NCBI GenBank assembly: GCA_001662655.1
Contig: KV460244.1
Source of the DNA: Pseudogymnoascus verrucosus
Taxonomy: Eukaryota
Strand: one strand, 5' to 3'
DNA: 56,081 nt
The notes under the pieces are model-generated. The model was not told the origin of the DNA. It did no database searches and worked only from the letters and a program-made list of their open reading frames with translations. Of the stretch, positions 12,196 to 24,315 are shown one piece after another. The first letter of the stretch is position 1. Each line of letters opens with the position of its first letter. The position numbers and the translations under genes were made by a program.

Positions 12196-14006
12196 TCACC
12201 CAGTCCGTGATCCGGCCTGCGATCCCACCACCACAGCCTTCCCCTCCGAAAGTACAACGCCCATACTGCCATCTACCCTCGCCCACCCCAGCACCTTCGC
12301 CTGCGCCACCCTAAATCGCTTCGTGAAACCCTTCTGCCCCGGCAGCGGCCCATACGGTGCATCCATCTGAATGGCATACCACCTCGCCAGCGCGCTGTAA
12401 TACGCCACGTCGACACCATACGTCTTCCTCGCTTGCAGCAGCAGCTCGTGCATCAGCCCGTTGAAAAAATCCAGCAGCTGCCGCGGTCCGGGGGCGCCTG
12501 GCCCGCTCCACCCTCCCGACGCGTTCGCCGCGACCACAACAGGGTTGAGGAGCAGGATGAAGTCACGGAGATAGGCCACCCAGTGAGGCCCCAAGCGGCG
12601 GGTGTTGGCGAGGCAGCCTTTGGTGGCATGGATGGCGGCTTGGGAGTAGAGGTTGGAGGAATTCCACAGTTTGGCTAGGATGAGGTGCATGGCTGGCATG
12701 GGCCATGCGGCGTCTGGCCAGTCGCGGGTGGGGAAGATGGGGGTGGTGAGTTGGGATAGTTTGATGATGACTTGCTCGGGGTCGAGTTCGGAGGCGTTGC
12801 TGCTATCAACTTTGTTCAGGTAGTCGACAAGCAGTTTCTCCGTGTCGGCAAAGGTCTGGATAGAGAAGCCCTCCGTTGATGATAGGGTTTGGAGTTCGAG
12901 TAATTCGTCATCGCATCTGCGGCCTACAAGGCATAAGTTGACGATTCATCGGACGAAGAGACATGAAGTCTTAAACTTACATTCGCAGGTAAAGAAGTAC
13001 TGAGACCGGAGCATCTCCCCGCGGATCATCATGCCCGCCTTGTCGTCTACGTATGTCTGAGTAATTTCGTCACCGGGCTGGATTGGCTTCAGCGACCTTA
13101 CTCGAAGCTGGCTGTTCTCGAAGAAAACAAAGGCGTTGGGGTCACAGGAGTGATTCATGAAGGCTCCGACGAGATCGAGTGCTGTTCCGGCATTTTCTTC
13201 CAGAGGGCGTTGAATGCTTATGCAATTCGTAAGGATCTTCCCGACGTTAGGCCCCCCTTTAAGTTGCCGGAGTGCATACATACCCTACAATAAAGGTCCT
13301 GTATTGCTCCAAGGCTATGCTCTGACTGTATCAGGGTTTTGGAATTCATAGAAACACCAAGAATTATCTCAACGCCACTTTTTGAGTAATGCTGTAGCCG
13401 GTGCGGCTGGAGATGGTTGACAGCCCGCCACCCTTGTTCCGCCAAGGTGCCTTGCTTCTGCATCGCAAGCACCCGATATAGAGCGCGAGTTGACACAAAC
13501 GCCGTTGGAATCTTCTTTAACGCCAAACACTCTGATTTATGATATTTCTTCCAAGCCTTCTTCTGGCAATCCTTGTGGAGGTTAGTTTAGCTAGATTACT
13601 CGACACCGCAAGGAAACAAGTTTCATAGCCTCACCTTAGAACAATACCCACAGACTTGGCACTCCGCACAAAGGTTTATTTTCGGCATAATATCGCCCTT
13701 GGCGCGAAAATGACCGGTGACGGGGTTGATCTTGCCCGCGCTGCTGGTAAAGCAGAAGTCGCATATGACACCGTACAGCCCGTTGTCGACGCAGCTGACT
13801 AGCGGCGTCGACCGGAAGACCTCTGCTCCCTCAGCAATGGCTTCCTTGGCAAAGAGGCCGGTGCCATTGAGGTGGATCTTTGAGGGCAAGATTTCCAGCG
13901 AGGCTGGGGCGTCGAGGCTGCGCAGCAGGTATTGGCAGAGTTCTTGGTCGTCATAGATCGGTCGAGCAGCTTCTTCGAGATACGTAGGGGGAGTTTGGCT
14001 CGCCAT
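12196..14006 (-). CDS. SMYD-type SET/MYND lysine methyltransferase
   Basis: GTGLFAKEAIAEG (SET-N); CDFC...CAECQVCGYCSK/DCQKKAWKKYHKSEC (MYND, joined across intron 13634-13572); FMNHSCDPN, LKPIQPGDEITQTYVD and YFFTCEC..C (SET-C/post-SET). About three introns; no lesion seen. Confidence 0.88.
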
Positions 14007-15629
14007 TTTGCTAGTTTTCAAAGCATATGCAAATCTTCGAGCAACGTATTGCGGGTTGAATTGGTAGCAGGGCAAGGCGCCGTACTTTGTGCTGTGAAGC
14101 GCCTTGGCAGTTCTGAGACGCTGTTGTCTTGGATCACAGTTGGTCGGCTGCACTGCAAGTCGGTTTGTTACTGTATGACTCCTGGTACGCAACAGTCTAT
14201 TGCTGCATTACTATACTGTAATTCCTGACCACATTTCCACGGTACCCAGCCGCAAACCAGTGTGGCTCCGTCCGTTGAAGGGCAACTATTGATCGCCACG
14301 TGAACAGACGAGGCTCGCCCCGGTCCGTCCCCGAAGTAGTTCCGACGTCCCGCTTTTATACGGCACTATTTGTCTCCGGATGGATCTTCCATCCAGCTGT
14401 TTACTCACGAATAAACCTCCTAAAACACGTTCAGGCTTAATTCGACGAGTATTTATAACGTTTATATACAGTAGGAATCGGAACTTGCTTCGCACTTGAC
14501 ACTCTCTGGTTTCAATTCTGTGGAAAGGAGTATATATTGGGTTTATTGGTGAGCACCCATCCCATACCACATAACTACGAACACTTCTTGCGGTCCAGCT
14601 CCTAAGTCAGCGGCAGCTCAACAGCGAGATCATACACAGATGGAGCGCACAAGTTTGCAAAGAAACTGCTGGAGAAAAGCGATCGATTCTGCCACGAAAA
14701 TAAGCCTCCAGGGATGGGTTGGAAAATGCCAACTTTCAAATACCCAATTCCTATACGGCAAATACCCAGGAGTAACGCTCACGGGAAACCTCAAAGGCCA
14801 AGCTTGCGCAATCGCTTCATAAGCTTGTCTGAGGCGACATCGCTGTACATAACCGTGGGCTCCTCCTCGACCTTCTGTTTGTTGGCACGGGTAGGCATCT
14901 GGACGTTGATGTTCACATTGACCTATATCCCTCAATAAGGCGATGTCTCACGATCTCTACCTCATGATGCGTGTGTACGGCTCTTGAAGGAACTATTGGC
15001 TGAGTGGGAATTAGGCCATAATACATATAAACTAGTGGCGGACGCAAGCGAGTGATGCACTTTCTACCACAACAAAAACAATTAACGGTTAACGTAACTA
15101 AGTTTTGGCCGCTACAATTACATCATAACTACATCAATCAGACAGCCCTATAGCCTCATAGCAGGATATGTACATTATAGCCATAAAATACAAGAGGAAG
15201 GTAGATGAAGATATCAATGGCGATTTTACGATGACTTTGAGAAGGGAGATTAATGATGATGATTTTATAATGATTCTAAAGAAGGGACGTGTTCCGGCTA
15301 GTGTTGGTGCAGCAATAATCGTATTGTAGGACCGCGTCCTACGCGGCACTCATTTGAAGCTTGGACTTTTCTTGCGTATTCTCTCATAATCCGGACCAGC
15401 ATTAAGGTCTTTAGGATTATTTACATTGGCCGGCCATATGAGTTGGTCACTTTGGGCAGACGCACAACAAGATATATCACATAGCTTGCACAGCTTAAAA
15501 CCTTCAAAGAAGTCAATCAATTCAGGATGGTTTCATGCCCCGTTTAGCGGCCCTTCTCGGACAACAAGAAGTTTGATAACATGATCTATAACATGATGTG
15601 TAACATGCAGAAGTGTATGAAGTGGAAAT

Positions 15630-16213
15630 TTAAGGGTCTGAACAACTTGGATCGCTGCACAAGCATCTTCCGCAGTCAACCCCAACAGCATTGAATGTTA
15701 ACATGCCAAAGGTGCTAACGTCATTTGGGTTGGGGTAGTAGAAAGGGGAGCTTCCACAGACAGTACACCGGTGATTGACAACTAGAATTATCTGTTAGCT
15801 CCACCTTCATATAGCTTAGTTACTTTGTGCTGTCTAGGCATGCTAAATGCATGATGCTTGAGAGAAAGAAACTGGTATATAAATCCCAAACTCACTGTCA
15901 GCAGCTAATCTCTGTGCATCGCCTCCCGAACCTCCATTAGTTCCCTGAAAGAATGCACAAATGCCATTACTGCAGGCGATTTGCTCTCCATTGTTGAACC
16001 AAGTATCAGAGTTTGCTGTTAGATAAAATTAGTATAGAATTGGCGCTGGGATAGCTTGAACATACCAGTGTTAATGTACTTTTGGAGTTGTTTAGCGATG
16101 CCAGAACCTGCGAACGAACAGCCAGCTGCGCCTTTGCAGTTAATTCCCTCTGCAGAGACAGATCTGATGCTAGCGATAGAGACCAGGATGGTGAGAGCAG
16201 TGTGGAAATGCAT
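15630..16213 (-). CDS. KP4-like killer toxin family secreted protein
   Basis: Signal peptide MHFHTALTILVSIASIRSVSA, then GINCKGAAGC, NGEQIACSNGICAFFQGT and HRCTVCGSSPF..NDVSTFGMLTFN, matching the KP4 cysteine pattern. Two introns; stop TAA at 15630-15632. Confidence 0.88.
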
Positions 16214-16491
16214 GATGGTGGCTAATTATGCTGATGACTGAGAGGGATGTCAAGGTGAAATGAGAGGAAATCTATGCTTTTATATGGCAACGCAGAGAGC
16301 ATTACGGATCATGTATAACTATACTGCAAAGGGTATATTTTGCGACCCATTTCACCGTGCATGGTCAAGCTTCCAAATGAGGCACAAAGTTCGTATCAGT
16401 AAGACCTATCATCATCCCTTGCAAAATCAGAATTAGTAAGACCAATCATTATCCCTTGTAGTTTATAGAACCCCCCACTCAAGATCCACTA

Positions 16492-16604
16492 ACGCACTTG
16501 CATAACGAGCGACGCACCATAACGAGCGACGCACCATAACGAGCGACGCACATAACGAGCGACGCACCATAACGAGCGACGCACCAGAACGAGCGACGCA
16601 CCAT
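16492..16604 (+). repeat. Six tandem 17-bp units (CATAACGAGCGACGCAC) within a solo Fot1/pogo-like TIR
   Basis: TA at 16490-16491, then ACGCACTTG and the array. Same ACG start, 17-bp period and CGAG(C/T)G core as the pogo TIR at 42340. Confidence 0.65.
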
Positions 16605-16870
16605 ATACCTTTTACCCCACCACTTTGTAATGGATGTTGTACGAAGCAACTACCCCATTAAATTAACGCATATTATGACCAGTGTTGCCACAAATGCCAC
16701 AAATGCCGCGCACGTGGTTCTGTATCCTTCGTACGACTACTCCTATAAGCTATCCCAATTGTTCAAAGTGTTGGCCGTCGCTTCCGAGCTTCAAAACTCC
16801 TCAGTCGCAACTGATCGAGCCTGAGATTTCCAGCATTGCTGCCTTCTTCTCCACGCCTTCTCGTCCACCC

Positions 16871-17191
16871 TCATCCCGAACTTCCCCTCTGTCCTCCTTC
16901 GCCTTCCATCTCAATTCCTTGCTGTGGTTGAAGTCTTCCGGTCGCTTTCACAAACTGTATAACAGCTTTGGTCGCTATAATTTCTGGCTTCCATCGATAC
17001 CGGTTGCCGTCAACATGCCTTCCAGTTCGTCTCTCGATGCGTCCACTCCAGCCTCCTAATGCATACGACAGGTCGATCGCCAAGCACTTGTTGCAATTCT
17101 TGTCTAGGGCCACCCCACAACGGGCAGTGGAATAGAAAGCCTCAGCTCCACATGAACATGCGGGTGAGTCAGCCCTATGAATCCGGGCCAT
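16871..17191 (-). mobile_element. Non-LTR retrotransposon (Tad1-like LINE) ORF2 C-terminal remnant
   Basis: ARIHRADSPACSCG and DLSYALGGWS...DG...WKPE...VIQFVKATGRL resemble the post-RNase H C-terminus of fungal LINE ORF2. Confidence 0.7.
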
Positions 17192-17739
17192 ATATCAGAA
17201 TACGATCTCGAGCTACACGATAAGGCGTGTGATTTGAGACGTGGGGCCTGTTCATCGATCATCTCACATCCCTTTTTGGTAGCTAGTCACGCCCATTTGT
17301 GTGCAAGCTCGTTGCCGTGAATCCCTTCATGGGCTGGCACCCATTGTAGGGTGATTTTCGTACCCTGCGATCGAAGTTCGGCAGTAATCTCTAGTATCTT
17401 GGAACGGGGCGTTGATTACGTGAACGAAGACTAACCACACAAGGCCACCCGGAAATTGTGGGCATGCTGCTGCGTGGGCCGCCTCGAAGGTTGGCGAGGG
17501 TCGGGAGCTCATCGGAGATGCAGATGGTCTGGTCATATACGCACAATTATATCCAACCACCAACACCTCCGCTTCGATTCTGCAGTCAATCCCATTATCA
17601 TCCCACGTCAGCAACTCACCACTCGTTAGCAGTTATTTGGGGTGAGGGTTTGGTGGCGGAATGGTGGGTATGGCGGCGTTATGTGTAATACAATTATACT
17701 AGATTAGGATTAGATACCAGCGATGGCAACCAGAGACCA

Positions 17740-18310
17740 TGCGCTTTAGGTGATGAGAGCCGTGAGGGCGGGGTGAAGGCAGAGTGAAGATGGTGATGGT
17801 GGTGAGGAAAGTGGGGGTGCGGGTGTTGGTGGGTAGGGTGGGGTGAGGGGAGGTGAGGCGGGGAGATTGGAGAAATGGTGGTGGATGAAATGGTAGGATG
17901 GGGCCGGGGCGCGGGTGAGATGATAAGGAGAGGGTGTGGGGTAGGATGAGGCGACGGCGAGTGAGCACGGTGAAGGTGGATAGTGGTGTTGAGTATGGGG
18001 AAGGGATGAGTCAAGCTCAGCCCCATTCCCACCACCTTCCTCATCCTCAACCGACACCACCCCGTTCTCACCCCGCCTCGCCTCTTCACCCTTTCCTACC
18101 CATACCCTCACCCCATCTCCACCGCATTCGTTTGGAGTGAAGGTGGGGTGAGGGTCGTAATGTGCTGTGGTGGTGAGGTCCGGATGTGGGCAGGGTGAAG
18201 GTGGTGAGGGTGGTGGGATTGGTTGAGGGTAGGGAACAGACGAGGGCGTGGGCGGGGATGGTGGCGAGGATGGGATGTGGGCGGCTGAGTGTGGGGATGG
18301 GGTGTGGGTG
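17740..18310. repeat. Low-complexity G-rich / C-rich / G-rich tract built from GGTGAGG and GGGTGG motifs
   Basis: Strong G skew over ~17740-18010, C skew over ~18020-18125 (CCTCACCCC) and G skew again to ~18310. Confidence 0.7.
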
Positions 18311-19021
18311 CGAAAACAACAATATTCAATAAGAGCAAAAGCATTCATTATCAGAGTAATTGTAGCACGGCGGACCCGTACGCGTACCCTTGGAAAAAAT
18401 TTCCCTCTCCCCTCCCAACTGGGGTAAGACCGGCAGATCTGGTTCCAGTATGCCTAATCAAGACACCGCTCGCCTAATTAGGTAGGGCGGTGTGAAACCT
18501 AGAGTCAGAGCTGAGTTCGTTGAACCATATTGTTTAGGGAGTCTGCCCTGACTCCGAAGCCTTAACTAGGATATAGTCCTGGGTTGTGGGGGTCCGCTGG
18601 GAGAGACCCCCCCTTTTCCGAAAAGCACTTCTACTGTTCTTCCCCCCGCAGGTAGGAGCAGTAACGGCAGGCCCTGCTGGTTTCTCGTGTTAACCCTTGC
18701 CTTTACTGTAAACACCACAGCTGGCTCCTAGAAAGCGGCCGAGGCTGAGGTTGAGAAAACAGGGGTGTGAACGTGACTCTGATTGTGAGTGAATGCAAAG
18801 CCGAGCCAAGTAAGATTAAAACGAGTTGACGAGGTACCGGAGCGTAATGTTCTCCGGTTGTGAAGACAGTTTGCAGAAGGGGGAACTTGTCAAGAAACAG
18901 CTGTTTCTGGAGATTATGCGAGAGGACGGAGATTTGCAATTGACTTTTATTTCACTGATGGCGAGGTGCAAGACTAGCTGCTAGATTTACATTCGATACT
19001 ACTAGGACACCATAGGCCACT

Positions 19022-19543
19022 CTACTCCTTCAGTAAGAGTGCAGAAATTCACAACCCTGATTGGCTCGTGACAGCCCTGCTTAGCGCCAGTTCTGGTAAG
19101 AGTGCAACAGTAAGAGTGCAATTGGACAAGCATAGTAAATATACTCCCTTAGATCAATTTATCGAAGGCTATTCGACAAAAAAACCCTTCATGTTCTCAT
19201 ATACTGTAATTCAAGGCACTAAGCGAGTGTGTCATACTTGTCATTCTTGTATACTCCCTGGGCCGACGTGTCAAGAGCGACACCTCCGAGCTGAACTACA
19301 CCGGGAAATGCGCTGAAAACCGCCATCCAGCTTGTTAGCAGTTATGACCTGAGAACAATCAAAGAGCGCATAAGCCTCAGCCGGAGGACAAGTGCGAGCA
19401 AATCCAGCAACTCACCAGCTATAGCGGGTCCCGCTGTCTAGAGCCAGGGTGTGACTATGCCACTCGTCACCCTTGGAAAAGGAGAGAGCATTGCGCTTCC
19501 GCTCATAAGAAGCGATAGAGCATAGTGAAGATAGCCCGCTGTA
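19022..19543 (+). mobile_element. Family B copy B1: 5' end plus DUF3505-like remnant
   Basis: Aligns by eye with 52100-52460 (+) and with the reverse complement of ~55567-56081; encodes VCHTCHSCILPG..ERHLRAE; three GTAAGAGTGCA repeats at ~19033, 19096 and 19110. Confidence 0.8.
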
Positions 19544-20798
19544 CTATGTGGAAGTTCCTTGCCCCGCTCCCTCGTTCCCCTGACCCTCTACCTTCTCTTC
19601 CTTTCACGCCTGAAAGTCCTCAATTTGATATCGTACGGCGTACATGGCTGTCTACTCCCGTGTCATAACGTACGGGGGCAGAAGCTCGAGGTCGCCCTCT
19701 TTGGTTCGGAACACGAACAATTGCTTCCCCACCTCGACATACCGCTTGACGATCGCAAAATCCATGCAGCTATAGTTCCCTTGGTTGTATTTAGTGTTGC
19801 TCGCCCAACGCAACGCCCTTCGCTTTGCTGGCCTTGAACTAGACTGAAGGCAAACACGCGTGCCAGCGATCGCACCTTTGATAACGTCACCGTGACGCTC
19901 AAAAACTGGCACCTGCCGTACGCAAAAAAAGCATCACTACATGATGCATTTCGATCTCAAGCATCGCACGTTCCGAGTGGCCACAGCGGCCACGATCGGG
20001 TGCATCACGCGCCATCCAGAAAACCTTATCCTCTCCATACACCACGATCCAGCTCGACGACTGGCATTGACAAGGAGCTTGCCGGATGGAACGATTATAA
20101 ATCGATCATTGCTGAATGAAAAGGTGTTTGTGTCTAGCTGTATCGTCTCATCAAAAGCGAAACGCCGGACAATAGGGCAGGGCGAGAGCTCCAGGACTTA
20201 GTTATCATAATTACAGTTAAGTTACTGTAAATCCATCGTTTTGTCAGGTGAAGCATGAGAGAGAAAAGTCATGTGAATTGAGGCAGGCAAAATATTTCGC
20301 AACACGATAGAATAAAATATCACGGCTAGCCCTCTGTAGCGTGGAGAGGAAATCGAATCTAGCCATCAAATTAGTCCCGTTTCAGAGTGAACAATCCTCG
20401 CAAATCAGGATCCTTGAGCTTGCAATTAGCCTTGTGGCCTTTCTCATCCCAGCCAGCTACTTGGCAGGCCTTATCACACCCATATTAGCATCAAAGTCAA
20501 CATAAAAGGAGGAATTCTATGGCAGTCTTACCCTCTCGCAATACCAGAAAGACGAGCACTTGCCGCACCGCTGCAGAGATGCTGCCTTCTGATCGCACCC
20601 GAGAAACTTCTCAAAGGCCAGAAAATCTCATTGTGCCGAAGCTTCTTGCCCGTACTTGCAGTCACCCACAGTCGCCGCTATTATTCAATAAATACGTCGT
20701 CCGAATTCAGTATCGCCAGAAAGTTGAGTATCCCAGAAAGCGGCGCGGAACCATAACGCAGGTATTGAGGTCCAGTGGAAACAGAGACAGCAGCACGG

Positions 20799-21809
20799 TC
20801 AGCCGACTGCCTCGCTGCTGGTAAGGTCGTCGCGGGCTGTGTCGCAGACCGGTTCACTGCCTACTTCGCCGTCTGTTGTCTCGTTAATGACATCATGGGC
20901 GGGCTCAGCCTGGCCTACAGCAGTGCTGGACCTCTCAGCATTAGCCTCTTTAGAGCTGATGTTGGTCCTGCAAAGTGGGCAGGAATCAGAGTGTTCTAAC
21001 AACCACTCATTAAGACACGAGTGGAAAAGGTGAGGGCAATTCGCTTTAGTAACCGTCAGCGACTGTATACAGATAGCACAATCATCAGTGCCAATGTGAC
21101 CCAATTTTCTTTCTAGCCTTTGGACTGCATCTGCAGAAGCTGCTTTCCATTTATTTGCAGCGGTGTCCTGTACATCAAGCACTCGTCCGTGTAGAGTTCC
21201 AATAGTTGTGAACACCCCATGTAGGAGCCAGAGTCTGTTTCGAATAATTGTAAATATATCTGAAGTTTATTGTTAAGGCAGGTCGAAATAGAATTATGAA
21301 TTCAATTGCTTACGCGTGCTTGGACAAAAAACCTTCTTGTACACTCCATATTCAGATGGCGTGAATGTCACTCCTAGTCTGGTCGCAAATTGCTGAAGCA
21401 GTTCTATAGGCATCTGTGCAATAACTAGCACTGCTTCGTTTTTGACCTCCAGATTGTGCAGCTCCACAGCCTCCCTAGATGACAAAACGACCATCATATC
21501 TCCACTCTCTACTTTTGTGTCTTGTAATATGTTTCCCGACATCTGGTCTAAGTCAGTGGGATCGCCGCGGAGTCCTGGTTTCCACATTGACAGCGCTAGA
21601 AGAACTTGCTGTTCCTTTAGGGAGCCTATGAACTGAAAAGCCCCCTCTTCCGCGACTACGTTTTGTATGTCGAATCCATCCTCGGTAGATAACCAAAAAG
21701 TTACCGAATCGGCACAAAGGAAGCCGTTGCGAAGAATATTTGGAGACTGTTTTCTTTAGTATAAAGTATTTACCAGCTTAACATGCGTGATATGCGTATA
21801 ACTTACCAT
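20799..21809 (-). CDS. RING-H2-type zinc-finger protein (putative E3 ligase)
   Basis: ATG|GTAAGT at 21809; exon 2 reads SPNILRNGF...MWKPG...; the last exon has CAICIQS..CPHLFHSCLNEWLL..DSCPLCR. Ligand spacing is slightly short, so it may be degenerate. Confidence 0.7.
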
Positions 21810-22989
21810 GGCTTCTTCAACCGCGTAATAACCGCTGCGTTGGTTCTGTGAGCGATTCGAGGCCAGGGTTGCTGCGTGGGCTGCTACAGAGCCTCGCCAC
21901 GATTGGAATCTTCAGTGACGGGTGTTACAATTGGGAAGGTCGAGAAAGCACGGGCGAATTTTGCTGTGTAGCTGGAGAACTTCATCGCTGGCACTGTGTT
22001 TGCCGCGAAGCTGCTCCGCTGTTGCGCTTTCGCGGATTTTGGTGCCTAAGGCCACAACTTGGTTACCATCAGCTGGCGGTCGTTGATCTGGCTGCACTTG
22101 TAGCAACTCTCGAGAGTAAGAGAGAACTTTCTGGGACAACTGATCAGGTTGAAACTTTGACTGTAGTGAGTGCATAAACTCCCTGTCTCTTCCCGGAAAC
22201 GCAATGCCATGTCTGATATCACCAATCGTTGCGCTAGCTCAAAGCCCTCGACCAACGGGAACACCAAGGCCAAACGTCTACGCCTACAACAGCATGGTTG
22301 CCTCTACTGCGAAGGCGTGGATGCTCTACCATTTCTGCGTATATGGGATGAGCAAGAGCACGGCCAGGGTGGGAGAGCAAAGCCATATAGCGTGATCCTC
22401 CAGATACATCAACGAAGACTAGCCACAGACAAGGGCTTACGCGGCGGACGATGTGGTTCTCGACGATGTATGCCATTCCGGAATTTGTAGAGATGCCGCT
22501 GCGGGGGCCGTTGTCGACGATGGCGAGTCTGGTGTGGAGGGCAGGACGACGGACGTTTGGGGAGGGCAGGGAGCATGAAGTGTTTGGGACGTCACAGCTA
22601 TTGGCGGCGTTCAGGGCACAGGGGTAGAAGAGTGTGGGCAGGAAGAGTACTGGGTGGCAGGGAAGGCGAGCGTAGGGCTGAAGGGGCTTGTGGGATTATG
22701 GGAGCGAGGGCGGCTCCCACCAAGACTGAAAATGCTGGAGGACATGCGTAAGAAGACGCTAGACGAGCTGCTGATGGCTGGATTAAGCCAGGAATGGGCC
22801 GGACGGGATGAAGAGGATGACGGGGAGGAAGAAGAGGCTGACGGTGCAGCGTTTGTAGCAAGGAAGAATGTCATGGCGGCGTTTGTCCAACGGAGTAGCG
22901 ATGATGGGCAAGATGAGATCAGCAATGACAGCAGTGCCGTCGGTGGAGTGACAAGGACATGTAGTGTGCATAAACACTGTGGTTCTACG

Positions 22990-23244
22990 CCCAAGTAAAT
23001 ATTAACGGTTGCATTCTCATTTTCAGCCTAGAACAACCTAGCTTGTAAACAAATAAGCACGCTAAACGATCCGAAAATATAGCGAAAATATTGAAGCGGC
23101 TGCAGATGGCATTAATCTACGATAGTACACTTGCCACAGTTCCAGCGCGTCCCTCGTGAGTGCACGTGGTTCTGGTGAAACCCTCATTCAAGCACAGACC
23201 AGTTTCGTCCGGTTATGTCGTAACTTATGACTGTATGTATGTAG
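22990..23244 (-). mobile_element. Family C-related remnant C2: terminus plus degenerate DUF3505-like start
   Basis: 23115-23235 is near-identical to ~37458-37623 apart from two deletions and ends in ATGTAG (23239-23244). Downstream, the minus strand reads SVLICLQ. Confidence 0.7.
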
Positions 23245-23387
23245 GAGCTTCTCAGTCCCGCGCAAAATCTTCAGACACCCGCAGAACCCGCTCTCGAGTC
23301 CAGGATTGCGTCTCATCATTAACAGCATTGAGGTAATTTTCCAGCCTTGAAATATGAAAGGGGGGAAAGCCAAGCCTATTACACAAA

Positions 23388-23819
23388 TTGAGCCGATCGG
23401 AGAAATCGCCGCCTAGCTCATCTATCAGTGTCAGTCCAATGATGGATGACTTCACAGCGTCCTGGAGTAAATGTGGTCCACTCCGCAACGGTTTACGTCG
23501 TATTGAAATAACGATTCACTCCTTCGACATAAAGACTGAGCTTTACGGAAGCATGCTCGATATTAACGATGTAAAGGAATTAAATCTGCGTATCTGGACC
23601 GGCGACACACGCGTTGATTTTGAGAATGATATAAGGGCTGCGATTGACCTCATTAGACGAACCAGGATACCTTTGGTTAGAATTGTCGTCATTGTAACTG
23701 ATCCATCGGACCGCGCATTGTTAATTGCTAAAGAAACGATTTTAAAATTCCTGGTGGGCACTCCGACCAAACTTCTCTCTTACAAAGCTAAGGCATATTC
23801 CATAGAATTATTAATATAA
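23388..23819 (+). CDS. Hypothetical protein or gene fragment
   Basis: 143-codon ORF with plausible globular composition; no recognisable motif. Confidence 0.3.
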   Translation: MSRSEKSPPSSSISVSPMMDDFTASWSKCGPLRNGLRRIEITIHSFDIKTELYGSMLDINDVKELNLRIWTGDTRVDFENDIRAAIDLIRRTRIPLVRIVVIVTDPSDRALLIAKETILKFLVGTPTKLLSYKAKAYSIELLI

Positions 23820-24169
23820 CCACAATAGTCTGTGTGTTAGCGTATATACAGCTGTAATATAAGCCTACTAAGTGTTAAATCTAAAATGTCTAGCTAGAGC
23901 ATTAGATGCATTTTCAAAACCATATAGAGAAATTTCATAGAACTGTCTTGTAGTGCTGCAACTAGATGGAATATCTTAGAAGTGTATAGTAGGGTTTACC
24001 TTGATTAAGTAGGTAAGTTAGTAATTTAATATCAATGCCAGCTTCTACAAACTACTAGAAAGTAAATAGAAATATATAACAAGAGGCTGAACTTAGGTGG
24101 GTGGGAAAAATAGCGCCAAAGGGCCATAACCTATATATCTTCTATCAACAAAGATCCTCGCTTAAGTAA

Positions 24170-24302
24170 TAGTTATTCAACCACCTTATGCCCGCTCTCT
24201 GCTGCCTGCGAAAGCGGCGTCTGGCTAAGGTCATCTTTTGTATCCACTTAAGCGCCACTGTCGATCAGCAGCTGGACGACAGCCTCATGCCCGCTCTCCC
24301 CA
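24170..24302 (-). pseudogene. Ankyrin-repeat remnant
   Basis: GESGHEAVVQLLIDSGA*VDTKDDLSQTPLSQAAESGHKVV, with an internal stop. Confidence 0.7.
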
Positions 24303-24315
24303 AGACCATTTAAAT

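Noticed and set aside
16501..16604. CRISPR-like array (also considered for 31217-31350)
   Set aside because: Head-to-tail repeats without unique spacers, eukaryotic context, no cas genes.
17694..18348. Pro/His-rich ORFs
   Set aside because: Open frames are explained by low-complexity G/C skew; no domain evidence.
18420..18510. Hammerhead ribozyme
   Set aside because: A stem followed by GAAAC is present, but no correctly placed CUGANGA core could be fitted even allowing for RIP.
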